Source of the DNA: Camelus dromedarius
Lineage: Eukaryota
Assembly: GCF_036321535.1 (NCBI RefSeq)
Contig: NC_087437.1
Span: forward strand, 13,518,001-13,582,000
DNA: 64,000 nt
Direction: 5' to 3'
Part shown: positions 38,801-52,341 of the stretch, piece by piece
Layout: the number at the start of each line of letters is the position of its first letter
Position numbering within the stretch: the stretch's first letter is position 1
Notes under the pieces: model-generated
Told to the model about the DNA's origin: nothing
The model's input: the letters and a program-made list of their open reading frames with translations, nothing else
Databases searched by the model: none
Translations under genes and position numbers: made by a program

Positions 38801-39785
38801 CTGTTAGGAACATTAGCCATTATGTCAACATAAGGTCATAGATGACACACAAGGAAGGTCAGTCTGAGACTCCAGACCCTCCTGTTTTGTGCCTTCCTGG
38901 ACTCTCAGCCTTTTTTATAATGTTGGGTAAATTAAACAATCCCTCATATTCAATTCCTAAGTTCCTTTTCCTTCCCCAGAGCCATTCAGATACGAACTTT
39001 GTTGTAAGAAAAATATGTATGTCCAAAATCCCTGACTACCCTACTTTATCCTCCAATTATAACTTCAGACAACAGGACCCTCTGGGCACTTTCTCTAAAT
39101 ACCCCATACTCCTAACAATGTCTGTTCTGTGACTGGAACACCATCTTGTCAAACAGCAGCCGGAATCAATACATGTTTGACTCAGGGAAATATTAGAGGA
39201 GGTGGAGAGAATTAGTCACCAATAACCCCACCACACATTCTTGTTAATAAATTCAGATAGATTTTTTTTCAGCACATGTATTCTTTCCAGGTTGGAATCA
39301 GAATCAACAAAAACTATGCTGTGACTTGTGGGAGTTAAAAATTGAGGACATATCCTTTTACCAGTCTTCAATCATAGCTCCGCAGCTGTTAAATCAAAGC
39401 TTTTCTTTAAGAACCAGTTCACAATGATGCGTTATGATGGAGAACAATGGGCAATTTTTGCATAGGACGTGCTGAAGTTTTCTGCATTTTGTACTGGAGA
39501 TAGATTGAACATGGATTAACCCAGGGGTGTGTGTGTGTGTGTGTGCATGCATGTATACACACATGCACAACAGACTGTGAGAAAAAAGAACTGTTTTCTC
39601 AAGCAACATGGCCACAGCCTGTAAACTGTAAATCCTCTTTGGCACAAAGCAAATCCCCTTTCTTAGAAGAACCATAAAATGGGAAGATCCTCATAAAATA
39701 GGAAAGTTTTTAGTGATACAAAGTTTGGTGTCCTATCTCTTGAAGTGGGTGTGAGTACTGAACATTGATTTGAAAAAGCATGTGC

Positions 39786-39923
39786 ACATATCTCAACATA
39801 ATAAAAGCTACATATGACAAACCTACAGCCAGCATAGTACTCAATGGTGAAAAACTCAAAAGCTTCCCACTAAAATCTGGGACAAGACAAGGCTGCCCAC
39901 TATCACCACTTCTATTCAACAGT
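39786..39923 (+). mobile_element. Isolated 138 bp internal L1 ORF2 fragment flanked by a direct repeat
   Basis: Encodes [46 protein letters not shown] count 8 mismatches to 29011-29148. Flanked by TTTGAAAAAGCATGTGC (39769-39785) and TTTGAAAAAGCATTTGC (39924-39940). Confidence 0.93.
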
Positions 39924-41189
39924 TTTGAAAAAGCATTTGCTTCCAGGCTACCTGAAGTAGCTACTGGAATCAAAACAAAACAAAGCAAAGCAAAAAAAAA
40001 AAAAAAATTCAAATTAAGTATGCAGCCCAGTTTCTTCTTTCTTATCATCAGCATCATTATTCAACATTTAACATTTTCTGGTATCTATAAAGTACTTAAC
40101 TTATAGCATTCTTATTTCTTTAATATAATAAGCTTATGAGTTCCACTGAAAAATATTGGAGTGGGAACCCAGAAGGGTTAAGTTACTTGTCTAAGGTCAC
40201 ACAGTGATGGTCTAGGGCTGGAACCAGGAGCCCACTGGTTGCTCTGTCACCTCCACAGTCTTCCTTACTTGATTGAATACCTAACATACCAAGCAAAGTC
40301 CTGGTTTCTCCTGACCTCTGCTTCCAAGAGCTCCTTATCTCTCTAGCTGGGTATTTTTAAGAAGGGCCCATAGCCACTTGCTCCGAGAAACCCATGGAAA
40401 ATGAAGACAGGTCAGCCAGCAGGTGTGAAGGCTGGTAGAGGAGACATCCCCCCATCCTTCTCAGTCTGCTCGAGTCTGCAGGGATCATGGATCTCTGAAA
40501 AAATGTCAAGGAAATGAGCTGTTTGTTAAAGATCAAAGCTGAATCACTTCAGTTTAGGGTAAAGGGGAGTAGTTGCAACTGCCTAGTGGAGAATGAAGCC
40601 AGGAAATTTGGAAGCACTGAGGTATCTCTGCAGACTAGGGAGCAAGACCATGATAAGGACCTCAGAGCAGACAGATCTAGGTTCCACAACTAGGGCTGAA
40701 TGCAAACCCAACCACAGAAACTCTCTGGTTTTTCTAGGAAAGGACCCTTTGACTGGCCTGGTTTGGGTCACATGTGGGAATGAGATCTGACACCCTGATT
40801 GTAATCCCAAGATGAAATAGATGATGGAGGTTAAAAATAACTAGTAGCCACCCCAGTACATTTTTTAAAATATCTGAATTTCCACACATATTCTCAAGTA
40901 GTACATGTATTACATTTTAAAATGTCCTTTCAAAGTATTTTAAAAGCTGTTATTTTTTTGATTCCAACAAACAAACTTACACTCAAAGAACAAGTAGATA
41001 TTGGTATTCTCATTTTTAAGGTGAGAAAAGTAGACACAGAGATGCTAAGAGACATACATTGGGTCATATGATAGAAGGTGGCAGTGTCTGCAATGAAAGT
41101 TAAGTGCTTAGAGCTCCATCTTAGATGCACCACTCACTCCAGCTTCACTATATTATATTAATGATGGTTGATCATGTCAAAGAAATCAA

Positions 41190-41310
41190 AATGGAATCAG
41201 GCCACATCCAGATAAACTAATAAAAGTCTCTGGGGGAAGAACCCGCACATTTATATTTTTTTAAGTGTCTCAGGTAATTTAAAAATACAAAAAGAGTTGA
41301 AAGCCACTGT
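41190..41310. mobile_element. MER5-like hAT MITE fragment
   Basis: ..TCTCTGGGG..TATATTTTTTTAAG..CTCAGGTAATT..GTTGAAAGCCACTG followed by TTCTA. Confidence 0.55.
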
Positions 41311-42329
41311 TCTAAAAAATATATCATTTGAATGTCAGAGGATCAAAAGCAAAATGTAAGTCTTGTAACTTAAAATGTTAAAGGCATGCTTATAATTTTG
41401 TTGTGTTTTCCATTGAAATGCTGTCCTCTTTGTATATAAATTTGGATTTATAGCTGCCAATTCTGCAAGACAATGTTTGAGAAGAAGTAGAGGTTGCTAG
41501 GGCAATTCAGTGAGAGTGGAACCAGCGTTTTCCCTCTTACGTGCAAAATAAAGTGAAGAATCCAGTAACAATAAATAATGTATCTTTGTGCTACCTAATC
41601 TTTGGTTTCTTTGCAGTGTTACTCTAAATGTGTACCACTTTTACAATATATTCATCCTTTCAGTGTTGTCACTTGTGGTTTAATAATAAATAGTTGTTAG
41701 TAAGTGTTTTAAATCAGGAAGTTTTAGGAAATCTATGGTTTTGCTTTAAATCTCAACTTCTAGCACATGCTTCTGATCACCCATGTAGGGTTCCAGATAA
41801 CCTAAGTTACAGTGTGCCAGAGGGAAATAAAAACTTCTTGAGTGATAAACTTGCGACTTTAAACCAAGTAAACCAAGTTGATAAGCTAACACCCCAGAGA
41901 TGAGTTCATGTCAGTATCATATCTGTGTAAATATCACAATTCAAGGGATTTGAATGTGATGATGTCTTTCATGATACCTCAAAAGGTGAGTTTTCGTTAT
42001 TTATTTTTATTTTTAGATGTGTAGTTGTCAAAGCTATTGCTCTAGCTATGTATACAGATGAGAAGTGATACCTTCCATCATGGCCATGGTCAAATCTAAG
42101 TCAAAATTTCACAGTTTAGCCAGTATCCTTCTTTTACCTAGTCAAGATTTGGATATCAGCTTGCAACATCTCCTCCCAGCCGTCTTCCCTAATACACCAC
42201 TGCCACTGTGAGTTACGTGCTCGTCCTCTGTGCTTTATTACACCCTGTGCTGACCTTCCCATGGCACTGATCACATTGTGCTGAAATTTCCAGTTTAGAC
42301 TGCAAGCTTTCTGATGCAAGACTAGCTCC

Positions 42330-42710
42330 ATTCATTCATCTGCTCAAAATACATTATTGCCTGCTGTGTGCCCGGCACTGTCCTAGGTCCTGAAGGTACA
42401 ATCTACACTAAAATTCCTGCCCTTATAAAGTTTATACTTTGGGGAAGACAAAGGAGGACATAAAACGTTTATGTGTTGTGGTCATGGGGGGTAGGGGTGG
42501 GATTTCAGATAGGATCGTTAGAAAAGGTCTCATTGGGAAGGTGATATTTAAGGGACACCCGGAGTGGGTGAGGGAGAGAGTCAAGTGAAATTCTAAGGAA
42601 AGAGGGTTCAGGTGGGGAGACAGCATATGCTAAGGCAAAGGCTCTGAGACATGTTCAAGGAACAGCAGGACGGCCAGCAACTTTGGAGAGGAAAGAGATC
42701 GAGAGTAGAA
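42330..42710 (-). mobile_element. L2a-like 3' end, apparently inserted into a plus-strand L2
   Basis: TTCATTCATC tail, CTGTGTGCCCGGCACTGTCCTAGG, CATGTTCAAGGAACAGCAGGA. Plus-strand L2 motifs flank it at about 42160-42330 and 42720-42780. Confidence 0.7.
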
Positions 42711-43849
42711 CACGTATAACTTGGCTCTGTGCCTAGTGTATAGAAGGTACTAAATGTTTGTGGGATGAATAAAAAAATAAATAAGAATTTGTCAGAACAT
42801 TATATGAGTTATGAACTTTTAAACTCACCTAATCTTATCTAGCATACTTTCTGGTAAGAAATACTCAGTTGTTCCCTCAGCAAAATAAGAGATGATCATA
42901 AAATCATTCATATTTACAGGAAATTTGAGATTTTATACACCAGATTATCGGAGAATAGGTGAGCTGTATTCAGTGATAATCAAGTTTTACTCATGAAATG
43001 TAACGTCTTTCAACCTTGACTGATAAAGTGATTATCAATTTTGTTATTTTAATTTTCTTCTCATAACTCTGGTCTCTTGAGCACATCATGGCTTTTGTCT
43101 AGGCACTGATTACCCTTGATTTTCTCTACTGAGTATTCTGACTACTCCAAAGGTTTTTCCTGATTGTTCATTCTTTTGTGGATTCCTAGTTTCTGTAAAC
43201 CTCTGCCTAAAGTAATGAATTAAAGAGAGAGTTCCTGGCCATGGCATTATAGAATCAAGTAATGGGGAAAATGCTCCATCTCAGTGTGTTTGCAGCTCTG
43301 ACACATAAAACTAGAAGAGAAAAACGTATTTCTTCCGCCTACCTCCACAGAACCTTTCCAATGGGCATGGAGCTGTCGGGGTGGGGGGGTATTGCACTTT
43401 TAAATGGCTGCAAATGAAAGGGCAAGATGGAGACCCTTTTGATTTGATCAGTCTCTCTCATGCTTAATTGGGCTGTGCTGCAGGAAAATAAATCTGACAG
43501 ATTGACCGATGAATCCCAATTTAAAGCCTTACTGGGTAGGCAGTCTTGGGTGAGTCACCTCGTCCTATCTGAATCTTAGTTTTTCTATAAAAACTGGAAT
43601 AAGGAAATCTGCATTGCTTGTCTCCCAGGGTTAGGATAAGGATCAAATGAAATAATAATATATATGTACATAATAAGAAAATTAATGAAGAATTATTTAA
43701 AAATGACATTCTGTGGATTGAAACAGAAAATAAAACAAATTGGTGAGGAAAACAGGCCAATATCTTCCCCAATTTTTTTAATATTGTTTGAAAAAATAAA
43801 AAGTTGATTATTATTCTCTGCTAATAACAGATCCCTGGATACCAGATGC

Positions 43850-44585
43850 TGACAGCTCTACCTCCAAAATGTATTTTTCATCTGTCCTGTCTCCCTTTCC
43901 CTGCACCATATAAGCCAGCGCTGGAGCTCTGCACTGGTTCCTGAACTGCTTCTTCCAAATTCCACTCCCCTTCCCCTTTTAATCCCTTTCCCATAGAGCT
44001 GCTAAAGTGATTTTTTTTCTGTAAATCAGATCATGACACCTTTCCCTTTGAAATCCTCAAACAGTTAGTGATCACACTTGAAATTCTAAATCCCTGTCAT
44101 AGACTAAAGATCCTCCATGCTCTGACTTCTGACCTCCCCAACCTCCCCAAGTTTTATCCACTCCTGGGGCTTCCCTCCCCCTTGATGCTTCTATCTTTCT
44201 GTTTCTTGAATATGCACAGGTTGCACTTGCCTTAGGACATTTGCACTACTATTTCCTCTGCCTGGAAATCTTCTCCTATTTGTGTTGAGTGGCTTTTTCC
44301 CATAATCCAGGCCTCAGCCGAAGTCCATCTCCTTGAGAGATGCCTCCAATGGCCACCTCATCTAATGGTGCCACCCTTCTTTCATCATTCCAACACTCTC
44401 ACACTTAAAATTTGTGAAATTACTTTATTTGTTTACATTTTATTGCCTGTGTCCCTCAACTGAATGTGAGCTCCTTGAAAGCCGTGACTATGTTAGACTT
44501 TTTCATCACTGATTCCACTGCCGTGAGATTTTTACTTGGAATGCAGTAGGTAGTCAGTCAGGGAATGTTAGCTGAATGAATGAGT
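43850..44585 (+). mobile_element. L2a-like 3' portion
   Basis: AAATCAGATCATGACAC, GGACATTTGCACTACTATTTCCTCTGCCTGGAA, GAATGTGAGCTCCTTGA; ends TGAATGAATGA. Confidence 0.8.
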
Positions 44586-45384
44586 CAGGGAATCTTGAAG
44601 TCTTATGAACGCTTATGAAGTACCACTAAAAACTATGAGATTTCAAGTCTTAGGGGTGATATGATCATTCAGCGTGGACATACCTTCAGATGTCCTCAGA
44701 AGGGAGAATTAGGGAGGGTGTACTGAGGATGATGGTGGCTTTATTTTAAGCATGTGTGTGGCACAACTGTGGGAAGCAAGCCAGACATAGCTTTTCACAA
44801 GTCTGAAAGTCTACCCTGACTTGTCACAAGTCATAATAATGAAACCTGACAACAAAATTGGAAGCCTGCACCTTTATTGTAACTTTAATTTCAGAGAAAA
44901 TACATATCCACTCACCAGCTCTGGGTTGCCACAGTGAGAATTCCAACCAATTATGAGAATATTAAGAAAAAATACATTTTTTTAAACAACTTCATCAGGG
45001 GACCTTTACATTAATATCTCTGGCAGCATTTGAAAAACAACTAAAGCTGTTTTCAATCATTCTGTGAATAACATGACATTTAAAGGACAGGAAAAGAAAA
45101 AAAGCATAAATGCTTTAAAAGTAGTTTGAGGGTTTGTAGACCTAGATAGCAGAGCCTCACTCACCCTCTTGTACCTGCCTGTTGAAATATACACCAAAAA
45201 AAGGTTCTGAAACCAAGAATATCGATCCATAATTGGACAGATGTTGGGATCAATTTTTACTAATTAAACCTAGTTGCGGGGCTGTAGTCATTCCATACAG
45301 TACAAAGTATCTAGAAATTAACTCAGAATCCAAAATTTCACAGTCTGGTAAACAAAGATGGAATTCACTCAGTCCAGTACATAC

Positions 45385-45752
45385 CATTTATAGGTGGAAT
45401 CTAAAAAATAATACAAATGGTCTTATTTACAAATCAGAAACAGACTCACAGACAGAAAACAAACTTCTGGGTACCAAAGAGGAAAGAAGGGAAGAATAAA
45501 TTAAAAGTATGTGATCAACAGATATATACTACTATATGTATAACAGATAACAACAAGGATTTACTATACAGCCCATGGAACTATATTCAATATCTTGTAA
45601 AAATCTATAATGGAAAAGAATATGAAAAGGAATATTTATATATATGTATGTGTATATATATATATAGAGAGAGAGGTCGATGTCAATCACTGTGTTGTGC
45701 AGCTGAAACTAACACAATATTGTAAATCAACTATAATTGATCTGAAAAAAAA
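45385..45752 (+). mobile_element. L1 3' UTR (artiodactyl-type) with A tail
   Basis: GTGGAATCTAAAAAA, CAGAAACAGACTCACAGAC, GAACTATATTCAATATCTTGTAA, CTGAAACTAACACAATATTGTAAATCAACTATA, then an A tract. Confidence 0.85.
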
Positions 45753-45754
45753 GT

Positions 45755-46180
45755 TTTACACTTAGGTTTACAATCCACTTTAACTTAACCTTTGTATATG
45801 GAGCAAAGTATGAATGGAACTAACTTTCCTTCCTTCCTTCCTTTCTTCTTTTCTTTTGTTTATGGGTATATAATTATTCCAGAAATATATGTTAAAGAGA
45901 TTATCACTTCTTCACTGATTTGCCTTTGCACATTTGTTGAAAATCAGTTCTATAAACATGTGTGTCTACTTCTGAACTCTCAAAACTGTTCTTATGATCT
46001 GTTTGTCTAACTGTATAACATACTGTCTTCATTCTTTTAGCTTTATAGTAAGTTTTGAAATTAGGTATTGTTAGCCCATCAACTTTATTTTGCGTATTCT
46101 AGGTCCTTTGCATATTTGAATATAAATTTCATATGAATATAAATATGAATTTTAGAGTCAGGTTGTCAGCTTCTGTAGAA
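45755..46180 (-). mobile_element. Ancient L1M ORF2 fragment
   Basis: TTTGTTGAAAATCAGTT, TAGCTTTATAGTAAGTTTTGAAATTAGGTA, ATTCTAGGTCCTTTGCAT, ATGAATTTTAGAGTCAGGTTGTCA. Confidence 0.75.
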
Positions 46181-49100
46181 AATAAACTTGGTACATAGAG
46201 ACAGTGCTAAAAAGAAATGAGTTATCAAGCAATGAGAAGACATGGGAAACATTAAATGCATATTACCCATAGGAAAAAGCCTGTCTGACAAGGTTGCAAA
46301 CCTGCAGGGAGGGGAGGCGTGGCCAGCAGGAGAGGCCAGCCACACTGAGAGGGGCATTATCAGAGAGTCCCTGCAAGCATGTTCCTGAGATTCCACCACG
46401 CACCAGCAAGGAGTCAGCTGAGGTTTTCATCCAAGGCCAGGGAGCACAAGGCTGACTTTAGACGTTGACAATTGGGTGAGAACATTCTTCCCCTCAACTC
46501 TCCCCCTTCACCCTCCTCCTACCCTGGCTATTGGCAGGTTCAGAGTCAGTCGCTAGCAAATGATGGAGAAGGTGAAGCTAGAAAGAGAAAAGGACCATCT
46601 GCTTCAGTCCCGGGGTTGGTGGGGGGTGGTAGACAATCTAAGGATCAAGTTCCATGCTTTGTTTGGAACAGATTGTCTTCAGTTGCTAACATAAGATCAC
46701 AGTTGTCATTTAAAGTGACTATGAGACATTCTGGTATCCAAGAGTGACTGGAAAATCCTGAAGTTTTTTCTATGTCTCCATCCAGGAGCAGGGGAAGGAT
46801 CATCCCCACTAAACACATTTTAAAGGGAGAGTGGGAAACAAAAGCAAATGCATTTTCTGGTTACTTACCATGCATCTTTCTTGTTTAATGCCCAGGTTAC
46901 AATGACTTCCAGGCTTGATTTATTTGGGTATTACCTGTTAAAACACTTTCCTCCTTCTTTGCACTTAGATTGGCTTAGATTTATAGACTGTTGATGTGGG
47001 AGGGAACTTCATTTGAAAACTCTGGTTGATTCTAAGTTTACTTTAACAGAGTGTAAATTTGGCCCTTCATGAATACACAGAATGTTCTGCAGCTGATGAA
47101 TGTTGTGGGAATTTCCTCAAAATGTTCTTCCCACGCAGCCTGGCCTGCAAATGAGACCCCTCCCAGCAGCCCCCTTTTCTCCTGCCACACACAATGTGTG
47201 CACATGCTTCCAGGCACAGAAAATGCTATTACCCACGTGCTCACAGCTTGACCCCAGAAGAGCTCCCAGTTTTGCAGCATAATATTTATGTACTTTCCCA
47301 CTCATTGCCTGGGACATCGGTAGTCATGAAATCTGTGTAGACCATGTCAAAACCAAAATGAAATTTCAGTTTGCTTTTATTTCAGTCATCTTTTTATGTA
47401 TGTGGGGCTTCATTTTCCAAAGAAAAAGTCCTTATCCTCTATAAGGCGTTAAAACCCTCTGCTATTTCTTGCTCCCCTAGCATGGACATACTTTGCTCTC
47501 AAGGAAAGGAAACTATTAAGAGATCAGGACAAAATCTAGTCTCAAGGTCACAAAATGAGGTCATCTTGAAAACAGAGTGGAATATGTTGGTGACGTTTGT
47601 TTTTTATGTATGGGGGAAATAAAGAGATTCTAAATAGAACAAACCACAATTGTCATTTCTTGGAACTATTTGATTTCTCTACTCTTTCCCCCCTTTTATG
47701 AGGCCTGCTGGAGGGAGACTGCCAGTGGCAGATGTAGCAGCCCACCTCCTGCTCCCCATGGGCCAAAAATAAAATAAACCAAAAACCCGTGAATATGCCA
47801 CAAAAAAGTGACACAGGACTTCTGGTACCAAACAGAAGGTTTTGAATTTTGCCATCGTCAAGCTCAGAGCAGAGCAGATGAAGACTGGGGCTGAAGCAAT
47901 AAAGAATGAGAGTTTTTCCTAGCGTATTCTTTTTGCATGTATCCCCCAGCTGTGGTAGCCGTGACCTCGGTGGCTTCTGGTCTAGCCTTCAAAGTCAGGA
48001 AGCTAGCTGTGTACTTACCCATAACACAGTTTGTCGATTTTGCAAAAGACCTGGCCCATTTATTACCAAAACAAAATGGTTCCATACAATTGATACCCAA
48101 TGACTATGGTTATTTTGAGGGGAAATGTACTTCAGCTGAGTGTGTTTCATGGCAGAAAATAGAATTATCGTATATAGTTAGTATGGGGCCACAGAGCTAG
48201 CTGTTTTGAAATAGAACCTCATTTAATCCTTATACCTGTGATAAAGATCCTGTCCCATTGATGTCTCAACACCTGATAAACTACATGTATTCATCTGCTG
48301 TCCAGTTATTATGACTCTCATTTATCAGATGAAATGAAAATTAAAAAGTGTAAGTGATTTGTATGAGGTTATTCTTTAATACCTTTATGAACGTGTCCAG
48401 TATGTCTGCATGATGTGAGTTACTCTGTCCTTGTATTGTTTCCTCAACAATTTTCCCAGTGAGCTGGCCAATATATAGACGAAACAACCAGTTGATAGAA
48501 CAGATGTTTATTGATGTAATCTGTTTTGTGGTATTATATACACAAGCAATGTCTGGTACACACAGGCCAAAAATGTGTAATTATTATTAACAATTAGAAT
48601 ACACATCTACAAATGGTCTGGATTTGTCTGATAAACATAAAGTGTTCTCTCACATAGACAATAGTCTTATGAGCTCTGGATTATTCTTTACCTTAAAACT
48701 ATAGATTGTTTTCTCTGATGGATGAACCCTGAGATAATTCAAAGCTGGTTAATACCTCTGAAAGAAAAAGTAAATTTATAAGCTTGAGGTAGAGGCTTTT
48801 AGATAATGAGATAATGGGATTTTTATTCTTTTCTTTTAATTTTTTTTTTTTTTTTTTGCAATAGAGTATTTCATTTTTTTCCCTCTTTCCAATGGGTTAA
48901 TTTTTTTTCCTTATGATTACTCTTCATCTTTGTTTAAAGCATATTTATATTTGGGGTTCAAGAAAGGAATAATCAGGTTGATGGACCTTGAGTAGATGGA
49001 CGTGGAGATGGCATTTTCCACGAGAAGATGTGTTATGTTGTGACCTACCTTCTCCTTTCCTTGACCTGCTTGATGTTTGTATGTAAGTTGTTGCGATCGG

Positions 49101-50539
49101 CCACAAAGCAGGGGGGAATTAGATACACACTGAGATGTTCAATGTCAGTGAGTTCAATTCAGGTTAAAAACAAGATGGTACAGATGACCCTAAAGCACAA
49201 GGCAGCGAGTCTGAAGAATTTGAAAATATTTAGGTATGTATTGGCCAGTCTTTCTCCAATCTTTTATCTCACAATCATCTCTCTGCAAATTAATAATGTC
49301 CAGTTATACTTGTTTCATACTCTACAATTTACCTGACTCTTCCAAACATAATTATCAGCTCTGATCCTTAAATATCTAGTGAAATATTGACTATATTAAT
49401 TATTCCCCATTTTATAAATAAAGGCACTAAGACTCAAACAGGTGAGTGATCTGCCCAAGATTACACAGCCAGTGAGCTCTGAAGCTGGGACTCAACTCTA
49501 GGTCCTGCTGGTCTGGTGCTCTGTCCAGGGGATCAATTACCAAGCATGGTTCTCATACTAGAGATGCTGTCTGCACATGTAGCAAACTCCAGTGCCAAGG
49601 CCAACAAGCTCACAAAGGCAATGATCATTCATTGAACTTCTACTGTATGAACAGCCCAAAATCCACTTCTAAGGGACCTGACATAAAATAAATGGAAGCT
49701 ATGTGGCACGTCCACTTAATATACTCATCAATAAAGAAGAGAAATTCTACATGAAAGTGTCGTCTAAAATCTCAGTAACTTCAGGAAGCCCAGGAGGGCT
49801 AGTCATCAGACACTCCGTTTTAAGGCCCTTACTTACAGTGAGCGGTCAGGCATTACAGGACTCGGATATCCAGGTACGGAACACCCATTAATCCTAAAAC
49901 ACATTCCTAAAAGACGGTCACACTTATTTCAAACATCATTTATGTCTACATCTTAGCTATGGCATTATAAATAATTTTCATTAGCCTGTTTTATATTTAA
50001 GGCCTAGAGAGGGATTTGCAGATGACCAAAGGGAGAAAAGCATATTGCAAAGTGATGTGTACAAAGTGGATGGCTCTGAAAAGCAGAGCAGATGCTCTAG
50101 GAAAACTCTGAAAAATGAGTTCCAAAGGTCATAATGGGCTCTGCCCCTCTAAGCTTTATGCCAGGATGACAGGTTTGAGAAAGGCTAAGGCAGTAGAAAT
50201 ATGCAAAGAAGAGATGGGTGCTTAGAACACACAGAAATGATTTTAACCCTGGTTTAAGCAAGCCAGAAACAAGGAAGATGCAGTTTTAGTCTAAGTGGGA
50301 AGGAGATTAATATTCATTAAGTGCCTACTATGCTAAACACTTTATATAAACTTTGAATACCACTTTCCTTAGTTCACCGTAAAATAATGAGAATCCTTTT
50401 GCATTAATAATTACTTGCAGTTTCCAGTAATTAAACTCTAATTTATTTATTTATTGAACTGAATTTAATGCATTCATTATGTCATAGGGAAAAAGTAAGC
50501 AGAGGATTGCCTTGAAGAACTGAACAGAAAGAGGTAACT

Positions 50540-50599
50540 ACACTGGCAATCGACACAACGTTGTAAACTGACTATAACTCAATAAAATAAAATTTTTTG
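50540..50599 (+). mobile_element. Ultra-short 3' tip of the younger L1 family
   Basis: ACACTGGCAATCGACACAACGTTGTAAACTGACTATAACTCAATAAAA. Degenerate TSD AGAAAGAGGTAACT (50526-50539) / AAAAAGGAGTAACT (50600-50613). Confidence 0.8.
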
Positions 50600-51126
50600 A
50601 AAAAGGAGTAACTGAAAACAATGCACCACAAATGCAAAATTCAAGCTGTTTACTCAAGCATAGTCCAGTCATCTTGGGTATTAATTACATATCAGACAGT
50701 GAATGCTTTTATATCACAAGTAATGAGAGTTATTTCTTCATATATTCCTTTAAGCAGTATGGTGCTGGCAGTGATTCTTAAAGATCTTACTGTAACCTTC
50801 CAGGTTTCTATCTCTTGTTTTCCACTCAACAAAGAAAAGAAGTGCTTACAGATGACCTCATCCTTTTCCTTCTTCAAGTCTCTGCTACAAACAGCCGGGA
50901 GGGGGATACGAATTCAGCTAACACAACATTACCTCCTTTATTCTTAGTGCGTGAGATTCTGAGCTATTCTGAAGCTGTAGAGAATTTTTTCCCTGGTGGG
51001 AGTCCCCAGAGAAAATCAGAGCTAGCCTGAAGAATAAAAGTTACATTAGATTGCATTTTGGCTCCTCAAGAGAAGGTCTGTACCAGTCAGGTACAGAAAG
51101 GAAAAGATAAGTGACTAAGTATTTTA

Positions 51127-51343
51127 TTTTACTTTTTTTAACATTTTTTATTGATTTACAATCATTTTACAATGTTGTGTCAAATTCCAGTGTACAGCAC
51201 AATTTTTCAGTTATACATGAACACACATATATTCATTGTCACATTCCTTTCTCTGTGAGCTACCGTAAGATCTTGTATATATTTCCCTGTGCTATACAGT
51301 ATAATTCTGTAATTTTGAAATCCCAGTCTATCTCTTCCCACCC
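51127..51343 (-). mobile_element. Younger L1 3' UTR tip
   Basis: Perfect 12 bp TSD CTAAGTATTTTA at 51115-51126 and 51344-51355. Very similar to 32448-32659. Confidence 0.92.
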
Positions 51344-52341
51344 CTAAGTATTTTAAATAGATCGAATTCGTGTAACTAGTGGCATGGAAGAGCTGGGTGA
51401 AACGATGAGAAGACTGGAGATGAGGAGAATCAGGAAGCCACGTGCACCCCAAGGATAATTTGGGGTGGTGGTAACCCCAGAACTCAAGGGCTAGGTCATT
51501 CAAGGCAAACTGCGGCCATGGTGGGCTTGCCAAGCCTGAGTTGGAGCCATGGAGAGGGTAAAGCCTGAGACAGAGAGGGAGGTAGAAATTGACCTTGACT
51601 TCTTCCTCTTCGCCTGCTCTGCTCTCTGGGAAACATCCTGGGGGATCATCAGAGGAAGGGCAAAGGACAAACAGGTCTGAATCAGCTCAAAGCCTTAGAA
51701 ACAGGGCTGCTTCACATCTTCCCTACTAGAATTGAGCTGCATGAGATGCAGCTTTCAGCACCGACCCAGACTAACCCGCCTCCAGGAGGAGAAGCAGCTA
51801 TACGCCTGGAGTGAAAATACACGTGAGAATTGTTTCTGAACTCTTGTTTGACACCTACAATGTCCCCCTTTTGATGGGGGATTTCAGAAATCTCTGGGTA
51901 GATTAGGCAGGGGAAGGGAAGAGAGAGAGCTGAAGGTCCCCTGAAACTCAAAGAGGCAAAGTCAGTGAAAGTTTAATTGTTACCATAAATAGGACCTAGC
52001 ACAACCTCTAGACTTCCCATACCTGGGGAAATTCAGGTTATTCCTGCATATAAGATAACTAAAAACCCATACAAGTGTCAGCAGTGATCGTCATGTCCAT
52101 ACTTTCTGACATTTCTGCAAGGAGTGTATATTACTTTTATTACTTTCTAAGGTTCTAAAAAGTAAGATACACTCATCCATTCTATTTAGAATGCTTGCTA
52201 CTTTCTCCTTTCCTTGTTAGATCTTGACTCACACAGACCCTTTCTGGGTGGCTAGCATCTGATTATCCATCTCAAGGAAGTTCAGCAAGGACCCGTCTTC
52301 CAGAGTGCCACTTGCTGTGAGTGGATTTAATTGGCCTATCT

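Noticed and set aside
4167..46152. Short tandem micro-duplications (e.g. CCCAATGTCTA x2 near 4167, ATCAACTAT x2 near 28630, TGAATATAAAT x2 near 46117)
   Set aside because: Ordinary slippage products with no higher-order pattern.
46305..46870. GC-richer blocks at 46305-46870, 11330-11820 and 51370-51950 as named repeats or exons
   Set aside because: They may be very old LTR or L1-related remnants, but I could not match diagnostic motifs, so I left them unannotated.
47107..47116. Perfect NF-kB site GGGAATTTCC, and scattered TGA(C/G)TCA AP-1 sites
   Set aside because: Isolated short motifs are expected by chance at this window size; no supporting evidence.
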